Source of the DNA: Mobula hypostoma
Taxonomy: Eukaryota
Direction: 5' to 3'
DNA length: 64,000 nt
Assembly: GCF_963921235.1 (NCBI RefSeq)
Contig: NC_086097.1
Span: forward strand, 194,062,001 to 194,126,000
The first letter of the stretch is position 1. Each line of letters begins with the position of its first letter. The notes below the pieces were generated by a model. That model was not told the DNA's origin. It saw only the letters and a list, made by a program, of their open reading frames with translations, and made no database searches. This document shows, piece after piece, positions 39,457-52,045 of this stretch. The translations under genes and the position numbers were made by a program.

Positions 39457-40433
39457 AACTGAAGGAAGAGTTAGTAAGAGATTTGAAAGTGGGAGGGGGA
39501 GGGGGAGATCCAAAATGATAGGAGAAGACAGGAGGGGGAGGGATGGAGCCTAGAGCTGGACAGGTGATTGGCAAAAGGGATATGAGAGGATCATGGGACA
39601 GGAGGTCCGGGAAGAAAGACAAGGGGGGAGGGGGGAAACCCAAGGATGGGCAAGGGCTATAGTCAGAGGGAGAAAAAGGAGAGTGAGAGAAAGAATGAAT
39701 GAATGTGTGTATATAAATAAATAAATAACGGATGGGGTACGAGGGGGAGGTGGGGCATTAGCAGAAGTTTGAGAAGTCAATGTTCATGCCATCAGGTTGG
39801 AGGCTACCCAGATGGAATATAAGGTGTTGTTCCTCCAATCTGAGTGTGGCTTCATCTTTACAGTAGAGGAGGCCATGGATAAACATATCGGAATGGGATG
39901 TGGAATTAAAATGTGTGGCCACTGGCAGATCCTGCTTTCTCTGGCGGACAGAGCGTAAGTGTTCAGCAAAACGATCTCCCAGTTTGCGTCAGGTCTCACC
40001 AATATATAGAAGACCACATCGGGAGCACTACAGTAGAGGAGGCCCTGAAGCCACACTCAGGTTGGAGGAACAACACCTTATATTCCGTTTGGGTAGCCTC
40101 CAACCTGCTGGCATGAACATCGACTTCTCTAACTTCCGCTAATGCCCCACCTCCCCCTCGTACTCCATCCGTTATTTATTTATATACACACATTCTTTCT
40201 CTCTCTCTCCTTCTTCTCCCTCTGTCCCTCTGACTATACCCCTTGCCCATCCTCTGGGTTTTCCCCCTCCCCCTTTTCCTTCTCCCTGGGCCTCCTGTCC
40301 CATGATCCTTTCATATCCTTTTTGCCAATCAACTGTCCAGCTCTTGGCTCCATCCCTCCCCCTCCTGTCTTCTCCTATCATTTTGGATCTCCCCCTCCCT
40401 CTCTCAAATCTCTTACTAGTTCTTCCTTCAGTT

Positions 40434-40469
40434 AGTCCTGACGAAGGGTCTCGGCCCGAAACATCGACT
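40434..40469 (+). ncRNA. Minimal hammerhead ribozyme motif, stem III palindrome mutated
   Basis: AGUC CUGACGA A GGG-ucucgg-CCC GAAAC AUC^GACU; ACGU changed to ACAU. Confidence 0.65.
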
Positions 40470-40702
40470 GTACCTCTTCCTAGAGATGCTGCCTGGCCTG
40501 CTACGTTCACCAGCAAGTTTGATGTATGTCGCTTGAATTTCCAGCATCTGCAGAATTCCTTGTGTTTGCTGATTCTAATTCTGTTTGCCCACCCTTCCAA
40601 ATTGTGTAAATCACACAGTTCACATCACACATGGATCCCCCACAGTGCATCATCAGAAAACTTGAAAATGTTACATTTAGTTCCTTCAGCCAAATCTTTT
40701 AT

Positions 40703-41266
40703 GTACACCCTGTGGCCACTTTAGCAGGTATCTCCTGTACCTAATAAAGTGGCCGTTGAGTGTATATGTTTATAGTCTTCTGCTGCTGTAGCCCATCCAC
40801 TTCAAGGTTTGACATGTGCATTCAGGGATGCTCTCCACTACTGTAACATGTGGATATTTGAGCTACTGTCGCCTTCCTCTCAACTTGAACAAGTCTGGCC
40901 ATTCCTCTCTGATCTCTCTCATTAACAAGGTGTTTTCGTCCACAGAACTGCCACTCACAGGATATTTTTTGTCTTATTTGCACCATTTTCTGCAAATTCA
41001 AGAAACTCTTGTGTGTAAAAATCCCAGGAAGCCAGCAGTTTCTGAGATACTCAAAATACCCTGTCTGGCACCAAAAATTACTCCACAGTCAAAATCACTT
41101 TGATCACATTTCTTCCCCATTCTGATGTTTGGTCTGAACAGCACTGAACAGTCCATGTAAGCATGCTAATATGCATTGTGTTGCTGCCACATGATTGGCT
41201 GATTAGATATTTGCATTAACAATATGATGTATAGGTGTATCTAGTAAAGTGGCCATTACATGTATA
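40703..41266. mobile_element. Tc1/mariner-type MITE
   Basis: TIRs TAcaccctgtggccactttagcaggta and tatctagtaaagtggccattacatgTA. Confidence 0.75.
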
Positions 41267-43226
41267 TTGTTTAATAATATAAATTATTTGGTTTTTTTAG
41301 CACTGATCAAAAAAAACTTTCGTGTTGAAGTGAAAACAGCTTTCTACAACTTGGTCTAAATTTATTACAATTATTAAACACAAAGAAATTAATTGCATAA
41401 TTACTTGTCCTCTTCAAGTCAGTATTTAGTAGATGCACCTTTGATAGCAATTTCAGCCTTGAGTCTGTGTGGATAGGTCACTACCATCTTTGCACATCTG
41501 AACACTGCAATTTTCCCCATTCTTTACAAAATTGCTCAAGATCTGTCAGATTGCATGGGGATCATCAGTGAAGAACACTTTCAAATCCAGCTGAAATTCT
41601 CAATTGGACTGAGGTCTAGACTCCAACTTGGTCACTCCAGGACATTAACTTTGTTGTTTTAAAGCCATTCCTGTGTAGCTTTGGCTTTATGCTTGGGGTC
41701 ATTGTCTTGCTGGAAAACAAATCTTCTCCCAAGTTGCAGTTCTCTTGCAGACTGCATCAGGATTTCCACCAGTATTTCCCTGTATTTTGCTGCATTCATT
41801 TTACCCTCTACCTTCACAACCTTTCCAGGGCCTGCTGTTGCAGTGAAGACAACCCACAGCACGATGCAGTTACCACCATACTTCATAGTGTGTTTTTGAT
41901 GATGTGTGATGTTTGGCTTACATCAAACATAGCTTTTAGTCTGATGGCCAAAAAGCTAATTTTTGGTTTCATCAGACCATGCAACCTTCTTATAGCTGAC
42001 TTCAGAGTCTCCCACATGCCTTTTGGCAAAATCTAGCTGAGATTTCATAAGAGTTTTCTTCAACAGTGGCTTTCTCTTTGCCACACTCCCATAAAACCGC
42101 AACTGGTGAAGCACCCGGACAACAAGTGTTGTATGTTAGTCTCTCCCATCTCAGCCACTGAAGCCTATAACACTTCCAGAGGTTTCATAGATCTCCTGGT
42201 GGCCTCCCTCACTAGTCTCCTTCTTATATGGACACTCAGCTTTTGAGGACGGCCTGCTCTATGCAGATTTACAGTTGTGCCATATTCTTTCCATTTCATA
42301 ATGATCAACTTAACTGTTCTCCAATTCGTTGACTTGGAAATTTTCTTGTATCCATCTCCTGACTTGTGCTTTTCAATAACCTTTTCAAGGAGTTGCTTAG
42401 AGTGTTCTTTTGTCTTCATGCTGTAGTTTTTGCCCAGATACTGACTCACCAGTAGTGGGATGATGATGATGATGATGATGTTCTTCTTCTTCTTCCGGCA
42501 GTTTAAACACATCTAGATGTATTACTGCCCTCAGCAGGATGTATAATTAATTATAATTCCCCTTGCAAATGCTGTATGTGCTCATTAAATAGCAATGCCA
42601 CAGATTGTTTTCCTTCTCAAATTTTGTCATGTGGTTTCCAAATAATTGCATTGCCTCAAATTACATTAATTTCATTTGAATTATTTGTAAAACTAAAAGC
42701 TTCTTGCTTGAGAATATTCATTATCGCATGCTTAATATTTAAAATTGTTGTTTTCCAAATCTATCTGCTATTTCCAAGATTTCCTTTTCTTGAATCAAAG
42801 CCGGTAGTTGTTTATTGAGATCTTGAAATTCTTCCTCAATTGTTTCCATGTTTTCATTTTATAATCCGAATGTAGATAATTCACTTTGCAACAAATTCCT
42901 TTTTCCTTTTGTAACTTTGGAATAAGTTCCTCCATTTTTAATCTGTTTTCCATGTCACTGAATTTTTGACAACAAGCATCTTTTTCAGAAACCGTCTCCT
43001 TTAAATGCAGTACCGTTTTATCCAATCTCCTTCCAACTCACAGTTGTTCTTATTGAGTACTTCTATTTGTTGATGGAGTTCTGCACATTTATCCTGGGTT
43101 TCAACCATGTTTCTTGGAACATAAAATCTGAGGTTTTTTCCTTAAATTCTGGTACATATTTCATAAATTTTTGATTCATTTGCGATAAGACTCCTTGCAT
43201 TCCCTTGTAATATATACATACAGCCA

Positions 43227-45791
43227 TTAATTTCCTGCCTCTCCTGCCTGTGAACTGTTTGATCCTCCATTCAGCGTATCTTTGACTGCTTTCCACCTAA
43301 GCCCTGTAATACCAAGATATTTTTCTGCAGACTTGATTATAATTTTAATTTTTTTAGTTCTTTTGTCTGTTTGCACTGAATAGTTAATTGCATCTACCAT
43401 AAACAGTACGAAATCCTTCTTACTCATAATTAGTGTGTCCTTATTTATCATATTACAACCCTCACAGTTCACGGGTTTATTATTCCCTGTACTTGTTTGC
43501 TTGATAGCCTTCTCCTTGTCAGCAAATGCTTTCACTGCCTCTACATAATTTCAAATATTTCAGAAATATTTCAAATGTCATTAGAAACGGGATGGTGCTG
43601 GAGGATTAGCGTATTGCTCATGCTGTTCCATTGTTTAAAAAGGGTTCTAAGAGTAAACCTGGCAATTATCGGCCTGTGAGTTTGACGTCCGTGGTGGGTA
43701 AATTGATGGAAAGTACTCTTAGAGATGGTATATATAATTATCTGGATAGACAGGGTCTGATTAGGAACAGTCAACATGGATTTGTGCATGGAAGGTCACG
43801 TTTGACAAATCTTATTGAATTTTTTGATAAGGTTAATAGGAAAGTTCATGAGGGTAAAGCGGTGGATGTTGTCTATAGGGACTTCAGTAAGGCCTTTGAC
43901 AAAGTTCCACACGGAAGGTTAGATAGGAAGGTTCAACTGTTAGGTACTAATATTGAATTAGCAAAACGGATTCAGCAGTGGCTGGATGGGAGATGCCAGA
44001 GAGTAGTGGTGGATAACTGTTTGTCAGATTGGAGGCTGGTGACTAGTGGTGTGCCTCAAGGATCTGTACTGGGTCCAATGTTGTTTGTCATATATATTAA
44101 TGATCTGGATGATGGGGTGGTAAGTTGGATTAGTAAGTATTCAGATGATACTAAGATAGGTGGAGTTGTGGATAATAAGTAGGTTTTCAAAGCTTGCAGA
44201 GAGATTTTGGCCAGTTAGAAAAGTGGGCTGAAAGATGACAGATGGAGTTTAATGCTGATAAATGTGAGGTGCTACATTTTGGTAGGATTAATCAAAATAG
44301 GACATACATGGTAAATGGTAGGGCATTGAAGAATGCGGTAGAACAGAGGGATCTAGGAATAATGGTGCATAGTTCCCTGAAGATAGAATCTCATAGGGTG
44401 GTGTAGAAAGCTTTTGGTATGCTGGCCTTTATAAATCAGAGCATTGAGTATAGGAGTTGGGATGTAATGTTGAAATTGTACAAGTCATTAGTAAGGCCAA
44501 ATTTGGAGTACTGTGTACATTTCTGGTCACCGAATTATAGGAAAGATGTCAACAAAATTGAGTATAGAGAAGATTTACAAGAATGTTACCTGGGTTTCAT
44601 CTCCTAAGTTACAGAGAAAGGTTGAACAAGTTGGGTCTTTATTCTTTGGAGCATAGAAGGCTGAGGGGGGACTTGATAGAGGTATTTAAAATTATGAGGG
44701 GGATAGATAGAGTTGACATGGATAGGCTTTTTCCATTGAGAGTGGGGGAGATTAGGACATGAGCTGAGAGTTAAAGGGCAAAAGTTTAGGGGTAACATGA
44801 GGGGGAACTTTCTTACTCAGAGAGTGGTAGCTGTGTGGAACGAGCTTCCAGCAGAAGTGGATGAGGCAGGTTCAATGTTGTCAAGTTAAATTGGATAGCT
44901 ATATGGACAGGAAGGGGATGGAGGGTTATGGGCTGAATGCATGTCGGTGGGACTAGGTGACAGTAAGAGTTCAGCGTGGACTAGAAGGCCGAGATGGCCT
45001 GTTTTCATGCTGAAATTGTTACATGGTTATATGGTTATGTAACTGATCCCTTGAGATACTTTTACATATTGTATCTCAGCTTCTTTCTTGTTAATAATGC
45101 ACCCTTGATAAGCTGCACTGTGTTCCTCACCACAATTGCAGCATTTCAGCCTAGCTCCTGCCTCACATTTCCCATATTCATATTCTCCAGCGCATCTTCT
45201 ACATCTTTGTTTCTGTCTGCAGACCGCCACAATATGCCCAAATTTCTGACACTTAAAGCATCTTAAAGGCGGTGGTATATATATTCTGACCTCATAAAAC
45301 ATGTATCCTAAATAAACTTTAGTCAGCAATCTCTCTTCATCAAAGTTGATCATAACCAATAAACTATCACACTTTTTCCCGTTTCTTGTAACTTTCAAAC
45401 ATTTGGCCTCAATAATTTTTGCTCCTTTTATGTTCTGTTTAATCTCATCCATAGTAACCTTTGTTGGTATCCCCAAAATAACTCCTCTAGTCCACTTTCT
45501 ATTCTTGGGCATTAAGCATTGTACTTTTTTGCCATCTATTTTATTTAATCTTATCACTTTGCTTTGTTGAGCACTATCCCGACAAATCACTAATCGCGAT
45601 CCATTTCGTAAAATCTTTGCTCTTTTGACTTCACCAATAAGTTTGTTGATTATCTTCGTCAAATGAATCAGTTTCCAATCACCTAAAGACGCTCCGTCTT
45701 CGCTCAGTGTTATAATTGCTTTAATCTCGTCTTCTTTCCATTGTTTTGCTATCCTATTTTGTTTGTCCCCTGGCTCCTTAGAGTTTGACAT
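43227..45791 (-). pseudogene. ORF1 (zinc-knuckle nucleic-acid-binding protein) of the I/Nimb element, split by a CR1
   Basis: PLRCFKCQKFGHIVAVC..CRRCAGEY..CCNCGEEHSAAYQGC; removing the CR1 joins ...VSQGISY to VEAVKAFADK in frame. Confidence 0.8.
43574..45040 (+). mobile_element. CR1 LINE, 5'-truncated
   Basis: PGNYRPVSLTSVVGK, DFSKAFDKVPH, KYSDDTKIGG; (GGTTATAT)n-like tail; same family as 54933-55958. Confidence 0.93.
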
Positions 45792-46642
45792 CTTACACCT
45801 CTATTTCCTTTCCTCACTCTCTTCACTCCATTCCTCCATCTCAAACTCACTTTCACGTCGACCTATTCATCCTACAGGATATTTTCTTCATCAGCTCAGC
45901 AGTTGCAGCCTCCATGCTCTTTTCCAACTCCACAGTTCCGTCAGTGGTGTTAACCGTCTTGTTGCTCGGTCCCTAGCAGGGACCTGCAAGGCACCTTGGG
46001 AATCGTAGTCTCTAGGACACTTTGTCTCAACACAATCCGACTCCAGCCCAGCAGTGGGACCTTCCAGATACTGGTGTATTTTTACTACAATTAATTAAAA
46101 CACCTTGACTGCACACAGGTGATCTCCATTTAACTAAATATGTGACTTCTAAAACTAATTGGCTGAACCAGTGATGATTTGGTGTGTCATATTAAAGGGG
46201 GTGAATCCTTATAAACTCAAAATAATTAATTGCATATCTGTAATTAATTTAGAACTTTTAGAGATCTGTTTTCACTTTGACACAAAAGAGTCTTTTTCAG
46301 TTGATCAGTGTAAGAAAAAAAGCCAAATTAAATCCACTGTGATTCAATGCTGTTACACAATAAAACATGAAAACTTCCGGGGTGGGGGGAATACTTTTTA
46401 TACGCACTGTATTTAAGCTACTCAGCCCCCAAATACTGATCCCTGTGCCAGTCTGGCACCCCTCTAGTTACCTTGAAAAGGACTTGATTATTCTAATTTC
46501 CTGTCTGTCTAATATCTAATCCCTATACCATACATTTTAAGCTTACACTCTAATCTTGTATATAGGACTTTATCCAAGAACTGTAGACTATATTAATTTT
46601 CTTTATCTCGTTCACCAGTTACATCTTAAAAAAACTCCAATC

Positions 46643-46872
46643 AAAAACAAGAGAAGATCTGCAGATGCTGGACGTCCAAGTAACACACACAAAATACTGG
46701 AAGAACTCAGCAGGCCAGGCAGCATCTCTGGAAAAAGTACAGTCGATGTTCTTCCTCCCCTCCCCCCAACTTTCTTACTCTGATTCATCTTTTTTTCCAG
46801 TCCCCATGAAGGGTCTCAGCCCAAAACGTCAACCATAGATGTTGACTGGCCAGCATTTTGTGTGTGTTGCTT
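46643..46872. mobile_element. Short Penelope-like fragment with inverted arms, decayed hammerhead
   Basis: Minus arm 46643-46750, plus arm 46751-46872 (cagtccccatgaagggtctcagcccaaaacgtc). Confidence 0.75.
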
Positions 46873-46986
46873 CAAAAAATTCCAGTAGGTCTGTCAAACA
46901 TGATTTCTCTTCCAGAAATTTATGCTTACTTTGACTAATCTTGTTGATGTTTTCCAGGTGCTCTGCTTTCTTGTCCCTCATGATGG

Positions 46987-47803
46987 TGTAACACTCTGGT
47001 TAAGATTTTTACTGCTATGCTGTAGGTATTTAAATTCAGCAGTTCTGTAAGAGCAGTCTGTTCTGTTTTTAGCATGTTTGGATTTGAGCTAAAGGTAAGG
47101 AGCTACGTTTTTCAACTTGGGAATGTTGTGTCAGCCAATCAGGATGGTGGAATTGGGAGAAGGTTCTAGAGAACGCTGGACAGAGAGGATTTTGTGAAGT
47201 CACTGGTGTGGGTCGAGATCTTTTTGCCAGGAGCTGGGAGAAGACAGGAGGGAAGGTGGATAAGGGTGCCATCCTTGTTGCACAAGGTGCTTTGTGCAGA
47301 TGAACTGCTTCAAGGAGGAAGGACCAATACTCCCTCAGGGGGAGCTCATTTGTTCAAGATGATTTTCAAACAACTTTTGGAAGTTGGTGTGGGCCTACAC
47401 GCATACCATGGGTTCAGTGAGTGAGTTAAAGACAGCTTCAAGATGAGCTCCAACTTATGTGCACATTTGGACTGAGTTAACTGTAATGGGCCTTTTCTTT
47501 TTTCCTTTTCTCTACTAGCTGTTCGATAAAGCTGACATTTGTAAATATATTTTCTTTATAATTGTATGCAGTGTACTGTCTGTTATTTCCTGCCAATGGG
47601 CGATGGCACTGGGGCAGTAATTACACAGTATTTACACAGATCAGGGTTCGGGTGGATGAGACATCCCAACCTCCTGGGACCCAAATCAACCCTAGACATA
47701 TGGAGTCTGAAAAAGATGGTTTTCTCACCACTGAGTCTGGTGGCTGTGCATGAGGGGCTAATGAGCCACATCTCCAGAGACACCCGGCAGAAAGGGGTTT
47801 CTA
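46987..47803 (+). mobile_element. Candidate solo LTR (Gypsy-like)
   Basis: Begins TGTAAC, internal CCAAT box, ends aaggggtttcta; non-coding; TSD unclear. Confidence 0.4.
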
Positions 47804-49339
47804 GTGTCTTGCTGATGTACAGACTGTCCCTGAGTAACAAACTAGTTCTGTTTCGATAAAGGTCCTAAAGTCAATTTTGTCCATAAGCCAGAAACTACTT
47901 ATCCTCTACTGATGTCAGACTCACTAGACTATAATTTTCCGGCTTACTCATATTCTCTTTCTTAAACAAATGTCCTTAAGCCAAATTTGTCCATAAGTCA
48001 GAAAATACATAAAAATCGCTTGATGTCATTATCATTTATTCTTCCCATTCTTGCAGAAGGGTCATTTTTTTTTGGTTACTTGCACATAGGCAAACTATAT
48101 ATATGTTAAAGTCTATGCTAATTTATGTTTGTCCTTGTCTTGTGGTGTACTATGCTACTGCAAACAGGTAGTTTTCATGGCATTTATACTGTGTGTACAT
48201 ATGCCTATGACAACAATGAATGAACTTGAACTCTTCCTCCACAGTAATGCACTGAGTAATGACAAAAGCACATAAGCCAGCTAAGGAAAGTAGAGACAGA
48301 GAGAGGAAGGAGGTAAGGATAGGTTATGGTCTTTGGATTATGAACACCTGACTGATGGACACCCTCACACAGGCACAAGCCCTCCCTCTCACTACCCCTC
48401 CCTGACACCACCACTCCCTCCCACCACCCCCCATTTTTAGTCATTGTCCTTACTTATCTGTCTAAAATGCTTTTGATTGTCTGCTTGACTGTGTGTACGG
48501 TCTAGATTTAAAGTCAGGTGCAGGTGTTCTCTTGGGTTCAGACTCTTGTTCTTCTCTAAATGGATCCTGCAGTTGTTCCAGTCAAGGGTTTATCTATCTT
48601 CATTAGTCAATGTCTGATCAAACCTAGGCATAATAATGAATTTTACAGTATAACCTGGACATGGTAATTTTAAATGGTTCCACATCATGCCAGTCAATTT
48701 TCCATAGCTTGAATTATGGGATATTAAGATGAGGGCACAACCAATCAATAATAAATGGAGTAAGAGATATGGAAAATATCTAGAACTGCCCCATGTTACA
48801 GAAAAAGAATATCATACTGTTCCTCAAATCTGGTTTTCTCAATTTTCTGATTCGTGTTTTCCCTAAATCTGACGAGCTAAATGGTTAAGCAAAGGACAAA
48901 TATTCTCTTGATGTGCAAGGTTAATTTCCCAGATCATGCCATAATGACTCTAACCAAGAAATCCTCTCTTCCTCTCTTTTATCCATTGAACTTGAATTTT
49001 ATATTTCCTTTGTCCCTAGTTTTTTCCAGAGTGCTGCTAATCAAGCAGGCATATGCTGGTCGTAGATTTCTCCCAGTCAATCCCTGTTTAAACTGTAGAG
49101 TCAGAGAACATGGAAACAAGCCACTTGGCCCAACTGACCATATTAATGTATCTGCCTGAGCCTCTTCCTCGAGCAGGTCATTCCATATTCCAAAGAGATC
49201 ATCGCCTCACGCCCCATTCTCCTATACTCCAATGAATATTCTTGAAAATCTGTTCTGCATTCTTTCCAGCTTAAAGGCACCTTTCCTATAACAGGATGAG
49301 CAAAACTCAGGATGTGACATTTATTTCAGCCCACAAAAA

Positions 49340-50135
49340 CATAAGGACTAAGGACTAAGGACATTGATCATTTGAGCTTACCCCACCATTCACCATCCAG
49401 ATCACAGTTGCTCTTCCACTTCAGTTCCATTTTCCAAAATGATTCCCATATCCCTAGATTCACTTAATGTCCTGAAATCTTAACAATCTTTCTTTTAAGT
49501 GCATGCAAAACCTAAATGTCTACATCTGTCCATGGTAGGGAATTCAAAAGGTTCACCATCTTCTGAGTTAAGAAATCTTCATCCCTAACTGTGTCTGCTG
49601 GTTCTAAACTCCCCATGAAGGGGAGACATACTCCGTCCATCCACCCTGTCTGGTCCTTCAAGAATTCTTAATGGGATCATGTTTTTTGTTCTTCTAAACT
49701 CCAGAGAAAACAGGACAGGAATTTTCAATCTCTTCTGATATAACTTACGCAGAATCCTTTGAATCAGTCAAATGAATCTATGGCAAGTATATGCCTTCTT
49801 CTGTAAGGGCAGTAAACCTGTGCACAATTCTCCAGCAGCAGGCTAGAGTTGCAATAAGACTTCATTACTTGGGAGGTAAAACCCTAAAGACTAACATACC
49901 ACATTTACTCCCAGTCACTGGCTGGACCTACATCAGGACTTTCAGTAACTCGTATATAAGCACATCTGGGTCACGTTCAGCACTAACACTATCCAGGTCT
50001 CAGCATTTAACAAATAATCTGTTTTTCTGTTATGTGCACCAAAGTGGATGAGCTCACATTTTCCCACATTATATTCCATTTTCCATGTCCTCACTCGCTC
50101 AGGTTTTCCGTATCCCCTTGGCACATGAACACCCA
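49340..50135 (-). mobile_element. Old degenerate CR1 fragment
   Basis: WKMEYNVGKCELIHFGAHNRKTDYLLN. Confidence 0.7.
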
Positions 50136-50552
50136 ACAGAGTTGTCTGAATGCATTATTCATAGTCTCCACAAAAATAAATAGAATATAATTCAAAAAAA
50201 CTACTGAGATAGCCATTCACCTGTTATTCAAATAAGACCACAAGACCACAAGATATAGGAGCAGAAGTAGGCTATTCGGCCTTTTATATTTGATCCACCC
50301 TTCAAAGAATACTTGCATTTCAGAGAAAAATATGTGACACTGGTGTTTGAAATAAAAATACAGTAGACTCCCATTAATTGGGACACATCAAGACAGAACA
50401 TTTTGGCCCAATTAAGCAGCTGACCAAATTAGGAAGTTTCATGGAAATAATTAAAAAGTTATTTAAAAAAAGGACAAACTACCATTTAACTGAGTTACGA
50501 ATTATGTATTTAAATGAAATACAGAACAAATTAAAACACTATCAATACTACT

Positions 50553-52045
50553 GGTGGTCATTCTTTATCCAACGATAAGAAACCTGAGCGGGAGAGTTTT
50601 TTTAAAGTGAAAAAACTATTGTACTGGGGCAGTTTCACTCTCTTGACCTCGAAAGTCTAACCCTATTGGAACACATCACAACTGGGGTCTTCCCTGGTTT
50701 AACGGATGACCACGATGACTTCTGTGCCTCGTCACGCCCTTCGCTCCCCAGTTAGCATTGCAGAACTATCTTCCCGACCACTAGCCCTCACTGTTGCAGA
50801 ACTATCTTCCCGACCACTGGACCTCACTGTTGCAGAACTATCTTCCTGACCACTGGACCTCACTGTTGCAGAACTATCTTCCTGACCACTGGACCTCACT
50901 GTTGCAGAACTATCTTCCTGACCACTAGCCCTCACTGTTGCAGAACTATCTTCCTGACCACTGGACCTCACTGTTGCAGAACTATCTTCCTGACCACTAG
51001 ACCTCACTGTTGCAGAACTATCTTCCTGACCACTGGACCTCACTGTTGCAGAACTATCTTCCTGACCACTGGACCTCACTGTTGCAGAACTATCTTCCTG
51101 ACCACTAGCCCTCACTGTTGCAGAACTATCTTCCTGACCACTGGACCTCACTGTTGCAGAACTATCTTCCTGACCACTGGACCTCACTGTTGCAGAACTA
51201 TCTTCCTGACCACTAGACCTCACTGTTGCAGAACTATCTTCCTGACCACTGGACCTCACTGTTGCAGAACTATCTTCCTGACCGCTGGACCTCACTGTTG
51301 CAGAACCATCTTCCTGACCACTGGACCTCACTGTTGCAGAACCATCTTCCTGACCACTGGACCTCACTGTTGCAGAACTATCTTCCTGACCACTGGACCT
51401 CACTGTTGCAGAACTATCTTCCTGACCACTGGACCTCACTGTTGCAGAACTATCTTCCTGACCACTAGCCCTCACTGTTGCAGAACCATCTTCCTGACCA
51501 CTGGACCTCACTGTTGCAGAACCATCTTCCTGACCACTGGACCTCACTGTTGCAGAACCATCTTCCTGACCACTAGACCTCACTGTTGCAGAACCATCTT
51601 CCTGACCACTGGACCTCACTGTTGCAGAACCATCTTCCTGACCACTGGACCTCACTGTTGCAGAACCATCTTCCTGACCACTAGACCTCACTGTTGCAGA
51701 ACTATCTTCCTGACCACTGGACCTCACTGTTGCAGAACTATCTTCCTGATCACTGGACCTCACTGTTGCAGAACTATCTTCCTGACCACTGGACCTCACT
51801 GTTGCAGAACTATCTTCCTGACCACTAGACCTCACTGTGGACCTCAGCTGAAGCTGACTTTGCATGCTTGGGCAGGCGTGTTCCTATCTCACCGGGATAC
51901 GAAACCCACCGGTTGCCCTCACCTGGTATAGCCCGCCTGTTGAAGCAGTGTACTGGGGTGTGCCGGCTGTCACATGCAAACAACTACTTGGAGCCGTAAG
52001 TGACAACTGAGTGTCCAGTGGGGCCCAAAGGTAACATTCAAGATG
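50553..52045 (-). mobile_element. Probable RTE-related non-autonomous element (5' UTR-like), host of the minisatellite
   Basis: ggctccaagtagttgtttgcatgtgacagc...caggcgggctataccaggtgaggg resembles recalled RTE 5' UTR and RTE-SINE sequence. Confidence 0.5.
50758..51838. repeat. 36-bp minisatellite, about 30 copies (ACTGTTGCAGAACTATCTTCCTGACCACTGGACCTC)
   Basis: Directly visible head-to-tail array; explains the 377-aa ORF (ATVRSSGQEDSS)n. Confidence 0.97.

Larger units (their letters stand above)
39380..40568. mobile_element. Penelope-like insertion with two inverted terminal arms and 15-bp TSD
   Basis: Minus arm about 39380-40028, plus arm about 40047-40568; TSD ctgattctaattctg at 39365-39379 and 40569-40583. 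Confidence 0.9.
42461..46047 (-). mobile_element. I/Nimb-clade LINE, internally deleted, with 12-bp TSD
   Basis: Gag-like ORF1 with CCHC knuckles; endonuclease start QETWLKP; tail (GAA)n(CAT)n; TSD ccagtagtggga (42449-42460) and ccagcagtggga (46048-46059). Confidence 0.8.
41290..46412 (-). mobile_element. Tc1 DNA transposon, decayed, interrupted at 42461-46047
   Basis: MKTKEHSKQLLEKVIEKHKSGDGYKKISK (HTH) and FVFQQDNDPKHKAKATQEWL (DDE); terminus aatactttttatacgcactgTA at 46412. Confidence 0.9.

Noticed and set aside
50758..51838. 36-bp repeats as a CRISPR array
   Set aside because: Units are contiguous with no unique spacers, there are no cas genes, and the context is vertebrate.
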